From IMG/VR virus record IMGVR_UViG_3300042563_002443: 64,000 nucleotides of DNA; one strand, 5' to 3'. The position numbers and the translations under genes were made by a program. Below are positions 30,622 to 40,394 of the stretch, piece by piece. Positions within the stretch are counted from its first letter, which is position 1. Every line of letters starts with the position of its first letter. The notes below the pieces were generated by a model. The model worked only from the letters and a program-made list of their open reading frames with translations. It ran no database searches and was not told the DNA's origin. Origin of the DNA: a virus.

Positions 30622-31137
30622 ATGGCAATTATATTACCTAGTGGGTTTAACATTACTAACGTCGATCCGATTGATGCAAGGTTTTCGGTTTCAAACCAAA
30701 CCGCGCGTCTAGGATTTTCTGCTGCTAATGTCTACGAGGGGTTGGTGGTATATCAACAAGATACGAATGAGCTTTATGTTTTAACAGATACCGGTAGCTA
30801 TAACTCAAACGCAGGATGGACATTAGTTGGTGCAGGAGCCGGAGGTACCTTTATAGCAACCGGAAGTGTTACTGCAAGTGTTGATGTATCCGGAGATATT
30901 TTTATTATTAGATCCGCAAGCTACAATCCATTCACAGTGTCAGGCACTGGGTTGACAACTATATCTGGAAGTGCTGCTAACCTATTCTTAATTAAGAATG
31001 CTAGCAATCAACCCGTATTAACCGTATCACAAAGTGGTGTGTTAACTTTAGCAACGTCATCAGTCGAATTAACCGGAACAGCTCCAAATGGAGCAATATA
31101 TTTCACATCAAACTCATTATTTGTAGGATTAGATTAA
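30622..31137 (+). CDS. Fibre-associated structural protein
   Basis: PIDARF...YEGLVVY...LYVL module; located in the fibre cluster. Confidence 0.55.
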   Translation: MAIILPSGFNITNVDPIDARFSVSNQTARLGFSAANVYEGLVVYQQDTNELYVLTDTGSYNSNAGWTLVGAGAGGTFIATGSVTASVDVSGDIFIIRSASYNPFTVSGTGLTTISGSAANLFLIKNASNQPVLTVSQSGVLTLATSSVELTGTAPNGAIYFTSNSLFVGLD

Positions 31138-31182
31138 AAATTAAACAAGTATCATATTTATTAAAAAAAGGAAAACCATACC

Positions 31183-32739
31183 ATGGCAGAATGGAAAAAA
31201 GTAATAGTCTCGGGTAGTACCGCCCAATTAGCAACATTACAAGTTGGTTCAAACCAACAAATTACAAATTTACAAGCAACTACATTTTTAACAGGATCGT
31301 TTACGGGTTCATTTAAAGGCGATGGATCAGCATTAACAGGCGTTTTAGCAACATCATTAGATATCGATGCATTTGGTTCAGACTTAACAGGTATTACTGT
31401 TGTAGCAACCGACAAATTACCTTTATCAGATGCAGGTACTGAAGGTCGTATTAACGTAGGTCAATTAGCTACTCCATTAGCAGGTACAGGATTAGAAGCC
31501 AATTCTAATACAATTCGTATTGCTGCTGCAGCAGCAGGAAATGGTTTAACCGGTGGAGCTGGATCTGCATTAGCAGTTGGAGCAGGTACACACATTACCG
31601 TTAACACTGATGACATTGCAGTTAATACAGCAACGTTAATACCAGCAATATCTGGTTCAATTTTAACTACAGTATCAGGCGATATCGCAATTACAGCATT
31701 AGGTGTTGCAACGATACAAGCTAACTCAGTAGCATTAGGTACTGATACAACTGGAGATTACGTTGCTAGCATTACATCAGGTGCTGGTTTAACGGGTGGT
31801 GCATCTGGAGAAGGCTCAACACCGACTCTAGCAGTAGGAGCTGGTACGCACATCACTGTCAACGTTGATGATGTAGCAGTTAACACCACAACATTAATAC
31901 CTGCAATTTCAGGATCTATCTTAACAAATATTTCTGGAGATATTACAATTACCGCAGCTGGAGTTTCTTCAATTGGAACGGGAGTAATTGTTAATGCAGA
32001 TGTTAATGCAGCTGCAGCAATTGCATATACAAAATTAAATTTAGCTTCTTCTGGTATTGTTTCAGGATCAACTTTAGCAGCAGGTTCAGGTCAAGGTACA
32101 CATACATTAACTACTAACGGTGTCAGCTCAGGTGATATTACAGCAACTGGATTAGGAACAGCAGGAACACCAACATTTGCAGGTTTAACAATTACCAATG
32201 GTAACATTGCAATAAACAATGGTACTTCAACCGCTCTTACTACAACAGGTACAACTGCAGCAGTATTCAATACAACAGCTACAACCGTTAACGCATTTGG
32301 AGCAGCAACTACGTTAAATTTAGGTGCCGCAACTGGTACAACAACAGTTGGAAACAGCTTAGTAGTAACCGGAGACTTATTTGTTAACGGAACAACTACA
32401 CAAGTAAACACTACAGACTTACTAGTTGAAGATAAGTTTATTATATTAGCATCCGGATCTGCAACAGCAGGTGATGGTGGTATTATAATTGACCGCGGAT
32501 CAGATGGTGCAGGAAATATTGCATTTGGTTTTGATGCAACAACAGATCGTTGGGGTTATCAAAACGGATTGACAGATTCAACCAATGCAATTGTTATTGG
32601 AACAAACGGCAACTCAGCATTTGCAGGATATGTATTTACAGAAGCTGATCACACTGCAACAAAACCAACTACGGGTGAATTTGTACAAGCAGGAGCAATA
32701 TATACAAATACAGATGGAACAATTTGGATGTATGCATAA
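31183..32739 (+). CDS. Tail fibre-like protein
   Basis: Internal duplication LAVGAGTHITVNxDDxAVNTxTLIPAISGSILT; GDLFVNGTTT...VEDKFI module. Confidence 0.65.
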   Translation: MAEWKKVIVSGSTAQLATLQVGSNQQITNLQATTFLTGSFTGSFKGDGSALTGVLATSLDIDAFGSDLTGITVVATDKLPLSDAGTEGRINVGQLATPLAGTGLEANSNTIRIAAAAAGNGLTGGAGSALAVGAGTHITVNTDDIAVNTATLIPAISGSILTTVSGDIAITALGVATIQANSVALGTDTTGDYVASITSGAGLTGGASGEGSTPTLAVGAGTHITVNVDDVAVNTTTLIPAISGSILTNISGDITITAAGVSSIGTGVIVNADVNAAAAIAYTKLNLASSGIVSGSTLAAGSGQGTHTLTTNGVSSGDITATGLGTAGTPTFAGLTITNGNIAINNGTSTALTTTGTTAAVFNTTATTVNAFGAATTLNLGAATGTTTVGNSLVVTGDLFVNGTTTQVNTTDLLVEDKFIILASGSATAGDGGIIIDRGSDGAGNIAFGFDATTDRWGYQNGLTDSTNAIVIGTNGNSAFAGYVFTEADHTATKPTTGEFVQAGAIYTNTDGTIWMYA

Positions 32740-32769
32740 AATTCTATATATTAACTAAAAAAGGTTATA

Positions 32770-32961
32770 ATGAGTATTCTTTCTAAAATAATAGGCGAAT
32801 CAAAGCAACCGGCGGTTGAAACAAAAAATCAATTGGTTCAAGAAGAATTAGAATTTGTTTTAAATTCTTTAAAAGATGTAACAATCGCCGGTTCGCAAGT
32901 TGAAATGTTTTATAATCTTGTAGTTAAATTACAAAATCAATATATAGAACAATCCAAATAA
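32770..32961 (+). CDS. Small hypothetical protein (possible fibre chaperone)
   Basis: 63 aa; resembles the next ORF (L..VTIAG....KL). Confidence 0.55.
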   Translation: MSILSKIIGESKQPAVETKNQLVQEELEFVLNSLKDVTIAGSQVEMFYNLVVKLQNQYIEQSK

Positions 32962-32967
32962 ACAAAC

Positions 32968-33150
32968 ATGAATATTTTTTCAATTGAACTAACATTGCCT
33001 GAAATTCAGACATTGCGACAATCTCTAGATGTTATTACTATTGCAGGAAAAGATGCACAGTTTTTAGCTGCATTGCAAATCAAATTAGAATCTGAGATTC
33101 AACAAATTGCAAACATGCAGTCTGCACCTCAACCAAAGAAATCTAGATAA
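32968..33150 (+). CDS. Small hypothetical protein (possible fibre chaperone)
   Basis: 60 aa; SLDVITIAG...KLE, paralog-like to 32770. Confidence 0.55.
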   Translation: MNIFSIELTLPEIQTLRQSLDVITIAGKDAQFLAALQIKLESEIQQIANMQSAPQPKKSR

Positions 33151-33171
33151 CCCATATTTATAATAAATAAC

Positions 33172-33235
33172 TTGTTGTTGGCCGCAAGGAAGTAGGCGCA
33201 CACACGGCATAAGTGTATGTATCTAACCGCAACAT
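33172..33235 (+). ncRNA. Candidate cis-regulatory structured RNA (three-way junction) in a fibre gene leader
   Basis: GC-rich island: TGTTG/CAACA closing stem, CC-GCAA-GG GNRA hairpin, imperfect TAGGCGCACACAC/GTGTATGTATCTA stem. Confidence 0.5.
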
Positions 33236-33249
33236 AATTAAGATATAGT

Positions 33250-36200
33250 ATGCCAGCATGGAAACGCGTCATAGTATCGGGATCTGATGCAACCCTCACC
33301 TCTGTAACAGCAACTGCCGGATTTACCGGTTCATTATTTGGTACCGCTTCATTTGCTCAAACAGCATCATATGTTAACCCACTAAACCAGCAAATTCTAT
33401 TATCTGGTAGTTTAAAATTTGACCCAACACAAGATCCAGACCCATTAGGTATTGATTTAGATTCAACAGTTTTATTTCAAAGCAGTTCCAACACGGCATT
33501 AGGATATGATCTATATGTTCGTCAAAATGGAAATCTTGTAAAATGGAAATGGATTGAAGGTACTTTAGAAACTGGATTATTATATGGAGGAGTAGTTACC
33601 TATAGTGGAAGTAATGTTTTTGTTTCTCCTGGTAGTGGTATTATAGCGGATCATAACCCAACAACTGGTTCCGAAGCTTCACCTATGATAGAGTACGTTA
33701 CTTGGAATGCAATCACACAAAGTATTACAAATATTGCAACTCAACAAGTAACTTATTTATATATTGATAATAATGGAACTTTACAACAACAATCAACTAG
33801 ATTTACATCACAACAATACCACGATTATATACCATTAGGGGCCGTAGGTCATTTTGATTATACACAGGTATCTGTATTTGGTGGTGGAGTGCAAACCGCA
33901 TATGATCAAATATCACAAATATCAAATTTCATAGATGCATTTGGACCATTAAAGATGTCAGGATATGGGTTGACGGGTCAAGCAGGTAGTTTAAGATTAT
34001 CTGTCGGGTCTGGTACTTCTTTTATACATGGTGGATTTTATCAAAATGATCCTGAGTTTCCATCCCAAATAACAACACCATTACAAACAACGGCTAGCAT
34101 GGCTTATGTATATAGATCGGGTTCGGGTGTAAGATTTGATACAAATGGAGGCAACTTATACACTCAATTAAAACCTGGATTTTATGATCCCGGAACAGGT
34201 GTTACTGGTTCTGTTTCAAACAATGATTGGACTATACAACGAGCATATTCTGATCCCAAAACCGGTGTATTGTATGTTTACTTTGGTCAAAATATATACC
34301 CGGATTTTTTAACAGCAGTTGCAAACATATCAGCAGACTCGTTCACTGAAGGATCTACATTTGATTTTACTACTTTTGTTGGTTTTCTTATATTAAAAAG
34401 CAATGAAACCGATATAACAGCAGCCGATAATAAGATTGTATCTGCTGGGTTATTCCGCGGTTCTGGTCAAGGTAGCGGTGGAGGAATAGCAATATCTAAT
34501 TTACAAGATTTAACAGATGTCTCAATCGTTGGTCCTACAAATGGGCAAGCACTTATATATAATAGTGGAACATGGGTAAATGGAGTACCAACAAGTGCAT
34601 CATTTGCAACACAAGCACTAAGTGCTTCCTATGCACCATCCACACCTGCGTTTCCATTCACAGGATCCGCTCAAATAACAGGATCTTTAGGAGTAACAGG
34701 ATCATTCAATCAAGCATCTGCATCTTTAGCATCAGGCCTATTTGCTTATGCTCAAGGATTTGCTGTTACAGCCTCCGGAATATATTCACACGCAGAAGGT
34801 CAAGCAACAATAGCAGATGGATTATATTCACACGCAGAAGGACAAGAAACATCGGCAACCGGAGCATCATCACACGCTGAAGGTTATGCTACATTAGCAC
34901 AAGGCAACTATTCACACGCAGAAGGTCGAGAAACAACCGCCACCGGAGATTTTTCACACGCAGAAGGCAATTTTACAGTAGCATCTGGAGATTATCAGCA
35001 CGTACAAGGTCAATTTAACCAATCATCCTCAGCACAAAGTGCATTTATTGTAGGTAATGGAACAGGAACCGGAGCACTTCGATCAAACTTAATCTTTGCT
35101 TCAGGTTCACAAGTTCAAATAACAGGTAGTGTTATTGCAACTGCAGGATTTACAGGATCATTTACAGGATCATTGTTTGGAGGAGCATTAACAGCAGTAA
35201 CAGCTTCATATGTAGCAACAGCTCAAAATGTAACAGTATCTCCAAGTAGTTCTGCAGCTATTGTAGATGCAGCAGGAAATCATAAATTTTATCCTTTGTT
35301 TGGAGCCGTGAGAAATGATGGCAATTTTACCAACGTAATTACATATGCTAACTCTGGTAGTTTTCAATACATAATGGGTACAAATACCTTAACAGTTACA
35401 TCATCCTACGCTAATCAAGCATTAAGTTCATCATTTGCAGTAAGTGCATCTAGAGCAGTAAGCTCAAGCTTTGCAACAACGGCTTCTTTTGCAGTAAGTG
35501 CATCTAGAGCAGTAAGCTCAAGCTTTGCAACAACTGCTTCATATGCCACGGTTGCACAAACAGTTTTAAATGAATCATCATTTGCATTACTAGGATCTCC
35601 CAACAACTTTACTAGTGCTCAAACAATAACAGCAACATTAAATCAAGGTAATAGTACAAATACAGGAACTACTAAAGCATATTCTTGTGATATATCAAGC
35701 GGTGTTGTAACTTTAAATGCTCTACTATATGGAGATGTAACTGCAGATTTCAATGTAGATGATCAATTGTTAATATATGATGCACCATTTGATAATAACT
35801 ATGGTATCATAACATCAAAAATAGCGTCAGTAATTTATGATGGGTTTGTTACTTTTAGTACTATTATAACCTTGTATGATACTTCAATTAGTACTACTAC
35901 AGCATATGTTGGAGATCTTACCCTAGGCGTATCAAATTGGCTCGGAGATCAAACAATACCTGCAAGTTATTCACACGCAGAAGGTTCTGGCACAACAACA
36001 TTAGGAGATTACTCACACGCAGAAGGTGCTAATACAAACGCATTAGGATCATATTCACACGCGGAAGGTAATAACACAATAGCACAAGGTGATTACCAAC
36101 ATGTACAAGGAGCGTATAATATAGCATCATCAGCTCAATCAGCGTTTATAGTAGGTAATGGTACAGCAGATGGTTCGAGATCAAATCTTATATTTGCATC

Positions 36201-36414
36201 TGGATCTCAAGTACAAATAACTGGATCTTTAACAGTATCTGGATCAAGCACATTTACAAACATAGGTCCTGCCGTATTTAGTGGAAGTGTTGCGTCGACT
36301 GCCGGCTTTACTGGATCATTGCAAGGTACTGCTTCATTTGCTTTAGCAGTAGCAGGAGGTGGCGGCGGAGGTGACACAACAGCTGTTGAAGCACAGTTTT
36401 ATTTTTTAATGTAA
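33250..36414 (+). CDS. Tail fibre/adhesin with YadA-head-like SHAEG repeats
   Basis: Two blocks of 14-aa (Y/F)SHAEGxxTxAxG repeats, each followed by QHVQG...RSNLIFASGSQVQITGS. Confidence 0.75.
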   Translation: MPAWKRVIVSGSDATLTSVTATAGFTGSLFGTASFAQTASYVNPLNQQILLSGSLKFDPTQDPDPLGIDLDSTVLFQSSSNTALGYDLYVRQNGNLVKWKWIEGTLETGLLYGGVVTYSGSNVFVSPGSGIIADHNPTTGSEASPMIEYVTWNAITQSITNIATQQVTYLYIDNNGTLQQQSTRFTSQQYHDYIPLGAVGHFDYTQVSVFGGGVQTAYDQISQISNFIDAFGPLKMSGYGLTGQAGSLRLSVGSGTSFIHGGFYQNDPEFPSQITTPLQTTASMAYVYRSGSGVRFDTNGGNLYTQLKPGFYDPGTGVTGSVSNNDWTIQRAYSDPKTGVLYVYFGQNIYPDFLTAVANISADSFTEGSTFDFTTFVGFLILKSNETDITAADNKIVSAGLFRGSGQGSGGGIAISNLQDLTDVSIVGPTNGQALIYNSGTWVNGVPTSASFATQALSASYAPSTPAFPFTGSAQITGSLGVTGSFNQASASLASGLFAYAQGFAVTASGIYSHAEGQATIADGLYSHAEGQETSATGASSHAEGYATLAQGNYSHAEGRETTATGDFSHAEGNFTVASGDYQHVQGQFNQSSSAQSAFIVGNGTGTGALRSNLIFASGSQVQITGSVIATAGFTGSFTGSLFGGALTAVTASYVATAQNVTVSPSSSAAIVDAAGNHKFYPLFGAVRNDGNFTNVITYANSGSFQYIMGTNTLTVTSSYANQALSSSFAVSASRAVSSSFATTASFAVSASRAVSSSFATTASYATVAQTVLNESSFALLGSPNNFTSAQTITATLNQGNSTNTGTTKAYSCDISSGVVTLNALLYGDVTADFNVDDQLLIYDAPFDNNYGIITSKIASVIYDGFVTFSTIITLYDTSISTTTAYVGDLTLGVSNWLGDQTIPASYSHAEGSGTTTLGDYSHAEGANTNALGSYSHAEGNNTIAQGDYQHVQGAYNIASSAQSAFIVGNGTADGSRSNLIFASGSQVQITGSLTVSGSSTFTNIGPAVFSGSVASTAGFTGSLQGTASFALAVAGGGGGGDTTAVEAQFYFLM
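35434..35534 (+). repeat. 47-bp near-tandem direct repeat (period 54)
   Basis: 35434-35480 = 35488-35534 (FAVSASRAVSSSFATT). Confidence 0.88.
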
Positions 36415-36421
36415 TAACGAT

Positions 36422-39370
36422 ATGGCTAAAAAAGACAATAATGGATATATAGGTAATCCAACACTAGGACTTGATAATCAAGGTATAATATCTAGAAACA
36501 AAAATTTTGATACTAGATTTTTTACACAAAATGATGCATATTCTAATGACACAAATCTAATGTCAAGTCCTCCTTATATTGATACCACCCCACTTTTAAC
36601 CGGGTCTGCAACAGGAGGAGGTTCTGGCTCGATTGCTACCGCATCATTATCAAACGGGTCAATAGCCAACATGATAACATATAAGGGCGGTACAGGATAT
36701 CCTGTTTTGTTTCAAAACACTACAATGAGTTTTTCTGGAGGCGGCGGTCAAGATGCTGCAGCATATGCATCTACTGTCACCGCTCAAGGTGTTATAACTG
36801 TAGTTGCTCCCCTCTACTCAATTCAAGATGTAATTATAGCAGATGCCGGAGGGCCATACACCTCACCTCCAACATTATCCTTTTCAACCCCCGCAGTAAC
36901 CAATATCACTTGGAGACCACATATAACTGCAACAGGAACAGCTACAATAACAAATGGACGTGTAACAGGTGTTACTATTACAACATCAGGTAGCAATTAT
37001 ATTTCTACATCTTTTCCAACAATAACAGTAAGTGGCGGAGGGTTAGCAGCTGGAGGAACACACGCTGTGCTAGTACCTGTAATACGTTGTGGTAGAGGAT
37101 ATACTTCAAATCCAACTTTAACAATAACAAGTCCTACTGGAACCGGAGCAGTTATATCATCATCTCTTATAGCCGGAATAGGTTCTATTGATATTATAAA
37201 TGGGGGTGGTGGATATACTACTCCACCAACTGTACAAATACAAGGAGCAGCCTTACAAGACACATCAGCAACTGCAGTATTATCTGGAAACACAGTATCA
37301 ACAATATCTGTTACATCTGGTTCATCACGTTTTTCAACTGCACCTACAATTAATATAAGCGGCGGTTTGCCACCACTTCCTGCAATATCTAACAACCAAA
37401 TAGTGGCATGGTGTAGGGTTTATAACAATAACTCAAATTTTGTTGGGTTACAACTTTCAACAAATGGAGGTGGAGGATACTTGGTTAATTGGGGAGATGG
37501 TACTTCAAACAATTATAATTCAGGTGCAACTGGATCAAAACAATATACAACTGATTCATACGCAGCCTTAACAAGCTCAATATATTCAGTAGCTGACTTA
37601 TACAAACCAGCTTTAATTACTGTAACTTTATCAGGCAGTGCTACAAGTTTTAGTACTGTCAATTTTACCACTCGACCAACACTATCAACAGGATCCTTAG
37701 TTAACGGCAGCCATAATAACTGGAAGTCAATTAAAATGTCCGGTAATCTAGTTACGTCAGTAGTGCTGAGTCAGAGTAGCACCTCCTCTTTATCACTAGG
37801 GCAATTAGAAAGATTTGAGTATTCTGGATCAAATAGCATATCGAACTTTACCGCCATGTTCATCAACCTTCAAAATTTAGTAGAAATTGTATCCCTTGAT
37901 ACAAGAAACGCTACCACTTTTAGCAACACGTTTCAACAATGTAACAACTTGCGAAAACTCCCTCCATTAGATCTTATTAATGCAGGTTCAGCTATAAACA
38001 TGTTTAACGCATGTCCTAACCTTAGAGAAATAACACTATTAAACTCTCAAAATGTAAATAATTGGTCAAATGCTTTTCAAGGATGTTTAACACTGCAAAA
38101 AATAAATGCTACATTTAGTAGTGCTGTTACATCCTATAGTAGTACATTTGCTAGTTGTTATGCTTTAGAAAAACACCCTCCTTTAAATGTTAGCAACAAT
38201 ACTAGTTTCAGTGCTACATGGCAAAACTGCTTTAGTTTAAAACAAGTTAAATTTATTGGCACTACTTCAAAAGTTACTTCTTGGTTTGCTGCGTTCAACA
38301 ACTGTTACCAATTAGAATCATTACCATCAACGTTGAATCTAAGTGCAACTACAACGTTGACAAGTATGTTTACCGGCTGTTCGTCACTTAAAACATGTCC
38401 AATTTTTACAAACACACGTAATTTAACAGGTATAAATTCAATGTTTTCATCTTGTAGGAGTTTAGTAACCATACCATGGTTTGATACAGTAACTGTGACA
38501 AGCGCAACCTCACTATTTTCCAGTTGTACATCATTAAGATCTATACCAAAATTAAATTTTGCTAGGATCACAAGCTGTGATAGTATGTTTTCAAGTTGTA
38601 CTAGTTTAGTATCAGTTCCTGCACTTGAAACTTCTAATGCAACAAGTTTTGCGTCCATGTTTACAAGTTGTGGTATCAAGGAAGCACCATTTCTTAATAC
38701 ATCTAAAGGAACTAATTTTTCGCAAATGTTTCAAAGTTGTACTAATTTATTAAAAGTCCCGGCTTATGATTTAGGAGAAGCTACAAGTGTACAATCTATG
38801 TTTAGTGGTTGTACAACACTTACAACTATACCAATTTTTAATTTAACTAAATGCATTAATATGTCCGGCATGTTTAATGGATGCACTTCATTAAGATCAG
38901 TACCATATTTAGATACTGCAGTAGCTACATCGTTTGCTTCTCTGTTTGCAAATAACACTGCATTAGTAGATGTTGGTGGTTTTAATTCATCCAAAGTAAC
39001 TGATTTTGGTAGTTGTTTCGCTAACTGTCCGCCACTACAAAATATTCCATTAATGGATACATCTCGTGGAGTTTTTTTCTCCAACATGTTTCAAGCCGGC
39101 GGCACTACTGAAATCCCGGCATTAAATATGACTTCTAGTGCAGCTATTGGCAACCTAGGTAGTGGTAACTTAAGAAGAATGCGCGCAACCGGAATGAATG
39201 CTAGCTTTGATGTTTCAAACAATCTTTTAGATTCAATAGCATTAAATGAAATTTATACCAATGCATCTGCAACAGGTGCAGGAAAAACCATTACAGTTAC
39301 TGGTAACTGGGGTACAGCAAATGATACTCCATCAATTGCAACAGCAAAAGGATGGGCTGTAACAGGATAA
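36422..39370 (+). CDS. Putative receptor-binding protein with BspA/DUF285-like leucine-rich repeats
   Basis: N-terminal GxGYTxxPT repeats; C-terminal ~22-23-aa MFxxCTSLxxVPxLxTS repeats. Confidence 0.7.
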   Translation: MAKKDNNGYIGNPTLGLDNQGIISRNKNFDTRFFTQNDAYSNDTNLMSSPPYIDTTPLLTGSATGGGSGSIATASLSNGSIANMITYKGGTGYPVLFQNTTMSFSGGGGQDAAAYASTVTAQGVITVVAPLYSIQDVIIADAGGPYTSPPTLSFSTPAVTNITWRPHITATGTATITNGRVTGVTITTSGSNYISTSFPTITVSGGGLAAGGTHAVLVPVIRCGRGYTSNPTLTITSPTGTGAVISSSLIAGIGSIDIINGGGGYTTPPTVQIQGAALQDTSATAVLSGNTVSTISVTSGSSRFSTAPTINISGGLPPLPAISNNQIVAWCRVYNNNSNFVGLQLSTNGGGGYLVNWGDGTSNNYNSGATGSKQYTTDSYAALTSSIYSVADLYKPALITVTLSGSATSFSTVNFTTRPTLSTGSLVNGSHNNWKSIKMSGNLVTSVVLSQSSTSSLSLGQLERFEYSGSNSISNFTAMFINLQNLVEIVSLDTRNATTFSNTFQQCNNLRKLPPLDLINAGSAINMFNACPNLREITLLNSQNVNNWSNAFQGCLTLQKINATFSSAVTSYSSTFASCYALEKHPPLNVSNNTSFSATWQNCFSLKQVKFIGTTSKVTSWFAAFNNCYQLESLPSTLNLSATTTLTSMFTGCSSLKTCPIFTNTRNLTGINSMFSSCRSLVTIPWFDTVTVTSATSLFSSCTSLRSIPKLNFARITSCDSMFSSCTSLVSVPALETSNATSFASMFTSCGIKEAPFLNTSKGTNFSQMFQSCTNLLKVPAYDLGEATSVQSMFSGCTTLTTIPIFNLTKCINMSGMFNGCTSLRSVPYLDTAVATSFASLFANNTALVDVGGFNSSKVTDFGSCFANCPPLQNIPLMDTSRGVFFSNMFQAGGTTEIPALNMTSSAAIGNLGSGNLRRMRATGMNASFDVSNNLLDSIALNEIYTNASATGAGKTITVTGNWGTANDTPSIATAKGWAVTG

Positions 39371-39424
39371 TTGTACTAAATAAAGAATATAAACACATTA
39401 GAATATTTATAATAAATAAAGAAT

Positions 39425-39688
39425 ATGGATACACCAGGATTTTATAAAGTAGACCCAAGCGGAATAGTAATATATGGCCCTAACTATATATTCGGGCCTC
39501 ATGACCAATACAAACTGCTAAAAGAAGAAAAAGATACTTATACATATCCAATAGATGGATGGTATTGGTTTGACACAGAACAAGAAGCTTATGAATTTTT
39601 TCAAATAGAATGGTATCCTGAAGTATACACAATGGGACTATCTAAACCTTTATTAATCGAAACAAACAATATACAAAATAATGGCTAA
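39425..39688 (+). CDS. Small hypothetical protein
   Basis: GFYK...YTYPIDGWYWFD; late-type motif upstream. Confidence 0.6.
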   Translation: MDTPGFYKVDPSGIVIYGPNYIFGPHDQYKLLKEEKDTYTYPIDGWYWFDTEQEAYEFFQIEWYPEVYTMGLSKPLLIETNNIQNNG

Positions 39689-40007
39689 TACTTACAAAAT
39701 AAACGCAAACAAACTTAACGCAAGTGGTTTTACAACAATTTACACAACACCCTTAGGTACAACTACTCTTGTAAAAAGTTTATACATTGCAAATGTATCT
39801 TCTAGTGGAGTTACCATAGATGTTATTTTAAACAAGAGTGGATCTGCTACTAATTTTTATTTAATTTCAGGATCATCCGTTCCGGTTCAAGCATCATTTC
39901 AACCTATATCAGATACAATAGCATTACAGACCGGTGATTCACTAAAAATTAGTACACCATTTCAAAGTGGTTCTGACACACTATTATCTTATATGGAAAT
40001 AACTTAA
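39681..40007 (+). CDS. Small beta-rich virion protein
   Basis: MANTYK...YTTP...VKSLYIANV...LQTGDSLKI pattern. Confidence 0.6.
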   Translation: MANTYKINANKLNASGFTTIYTTPLGTTTLVKSLYIANVSSSGVTIDVILNKSGSATNFYLISGSSVPVQASFQPISDTIALQTGDSLKISTPFQSGSDTLLSYMEIT

Positions 40008-40021
40008 ACCATACATAATAC

Positions 40022-40050
40022 TTGGATTATCATGATAAATTACATATATT
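40022..40050 (+). promoter_or_regulatory. TTKGA-N18-TATAWT promoter-like element
   Basis: TTGGA 40022 and TATATT 40045-40050. Confidence 0.55.
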
Positions 40051-40071
40051 AAAATAAAAAGGAAACAAGTT

Positions 40072-40341
40072 ATGACCAAAAAACTGGACATGGAACATCT
40101 AGATGAAATTCAACAATTACGTGAAGAATTTGCAAAGAATACAAACATTCTAGGAAACATTGTATTAGAACAATATGCAACGGAATCTAGATTAAAAACA
40201 ATTGATTTAGAAAAACAACGCTATTTAGATCAATTTGAAACCCTACAAAAACAGGAATCTGCATTGCTAGAAAAAATGCGTGAGCGTTATGGCGAAGGCC
40301 AAATTGATATTGCTGAAGGAACATTTACTCCAAATGCATGA
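40072..40341 (+). CDS. Small coiled-coil hypothetical protein
   Basis: Ends in RYGEGQIDIAEGTF; SD AAGGA upstream. Confidence 0.65.
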   Translation: MTKKLDMEHLDEIQQLREEFAKNTNILGNIVLEQYATESRLKTIDLEKQRYLDQFETLQKQESALLEKMRERYGEGQIDIAEGTFTPNA

Positions 40342-40394
40342 TGTTTGACACTAAACAATCATATTTATAATAAAATAAAACAAGGAGTATATTA

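Noticed and set aside
33172-33235. tRNA, hammerhead ribozyme or c-di-GMP riboswitch identity for the GC-rich element
   Set aside because: No cloverleaf or TTC loop, no CUGAUGA/GAAA core and no recognisable riboswitch consensus. Kept as an unknown structured RNA.
29356-35534. Direct repeats as a CRISPR array or DGR template/variable pair
   Set aside because: Repeats are in-frame coding duplications without unique spacers or adenine-specific mismatches, and there is no cas or reverse transcriptase gene in the window.
40344-40371. TTGACA...TATAAT sigma70-like promoter before the sheath gene
   Set aside because: The spacer is only 15 nt and the -10 box overlaps the late motif, which explains the site better.
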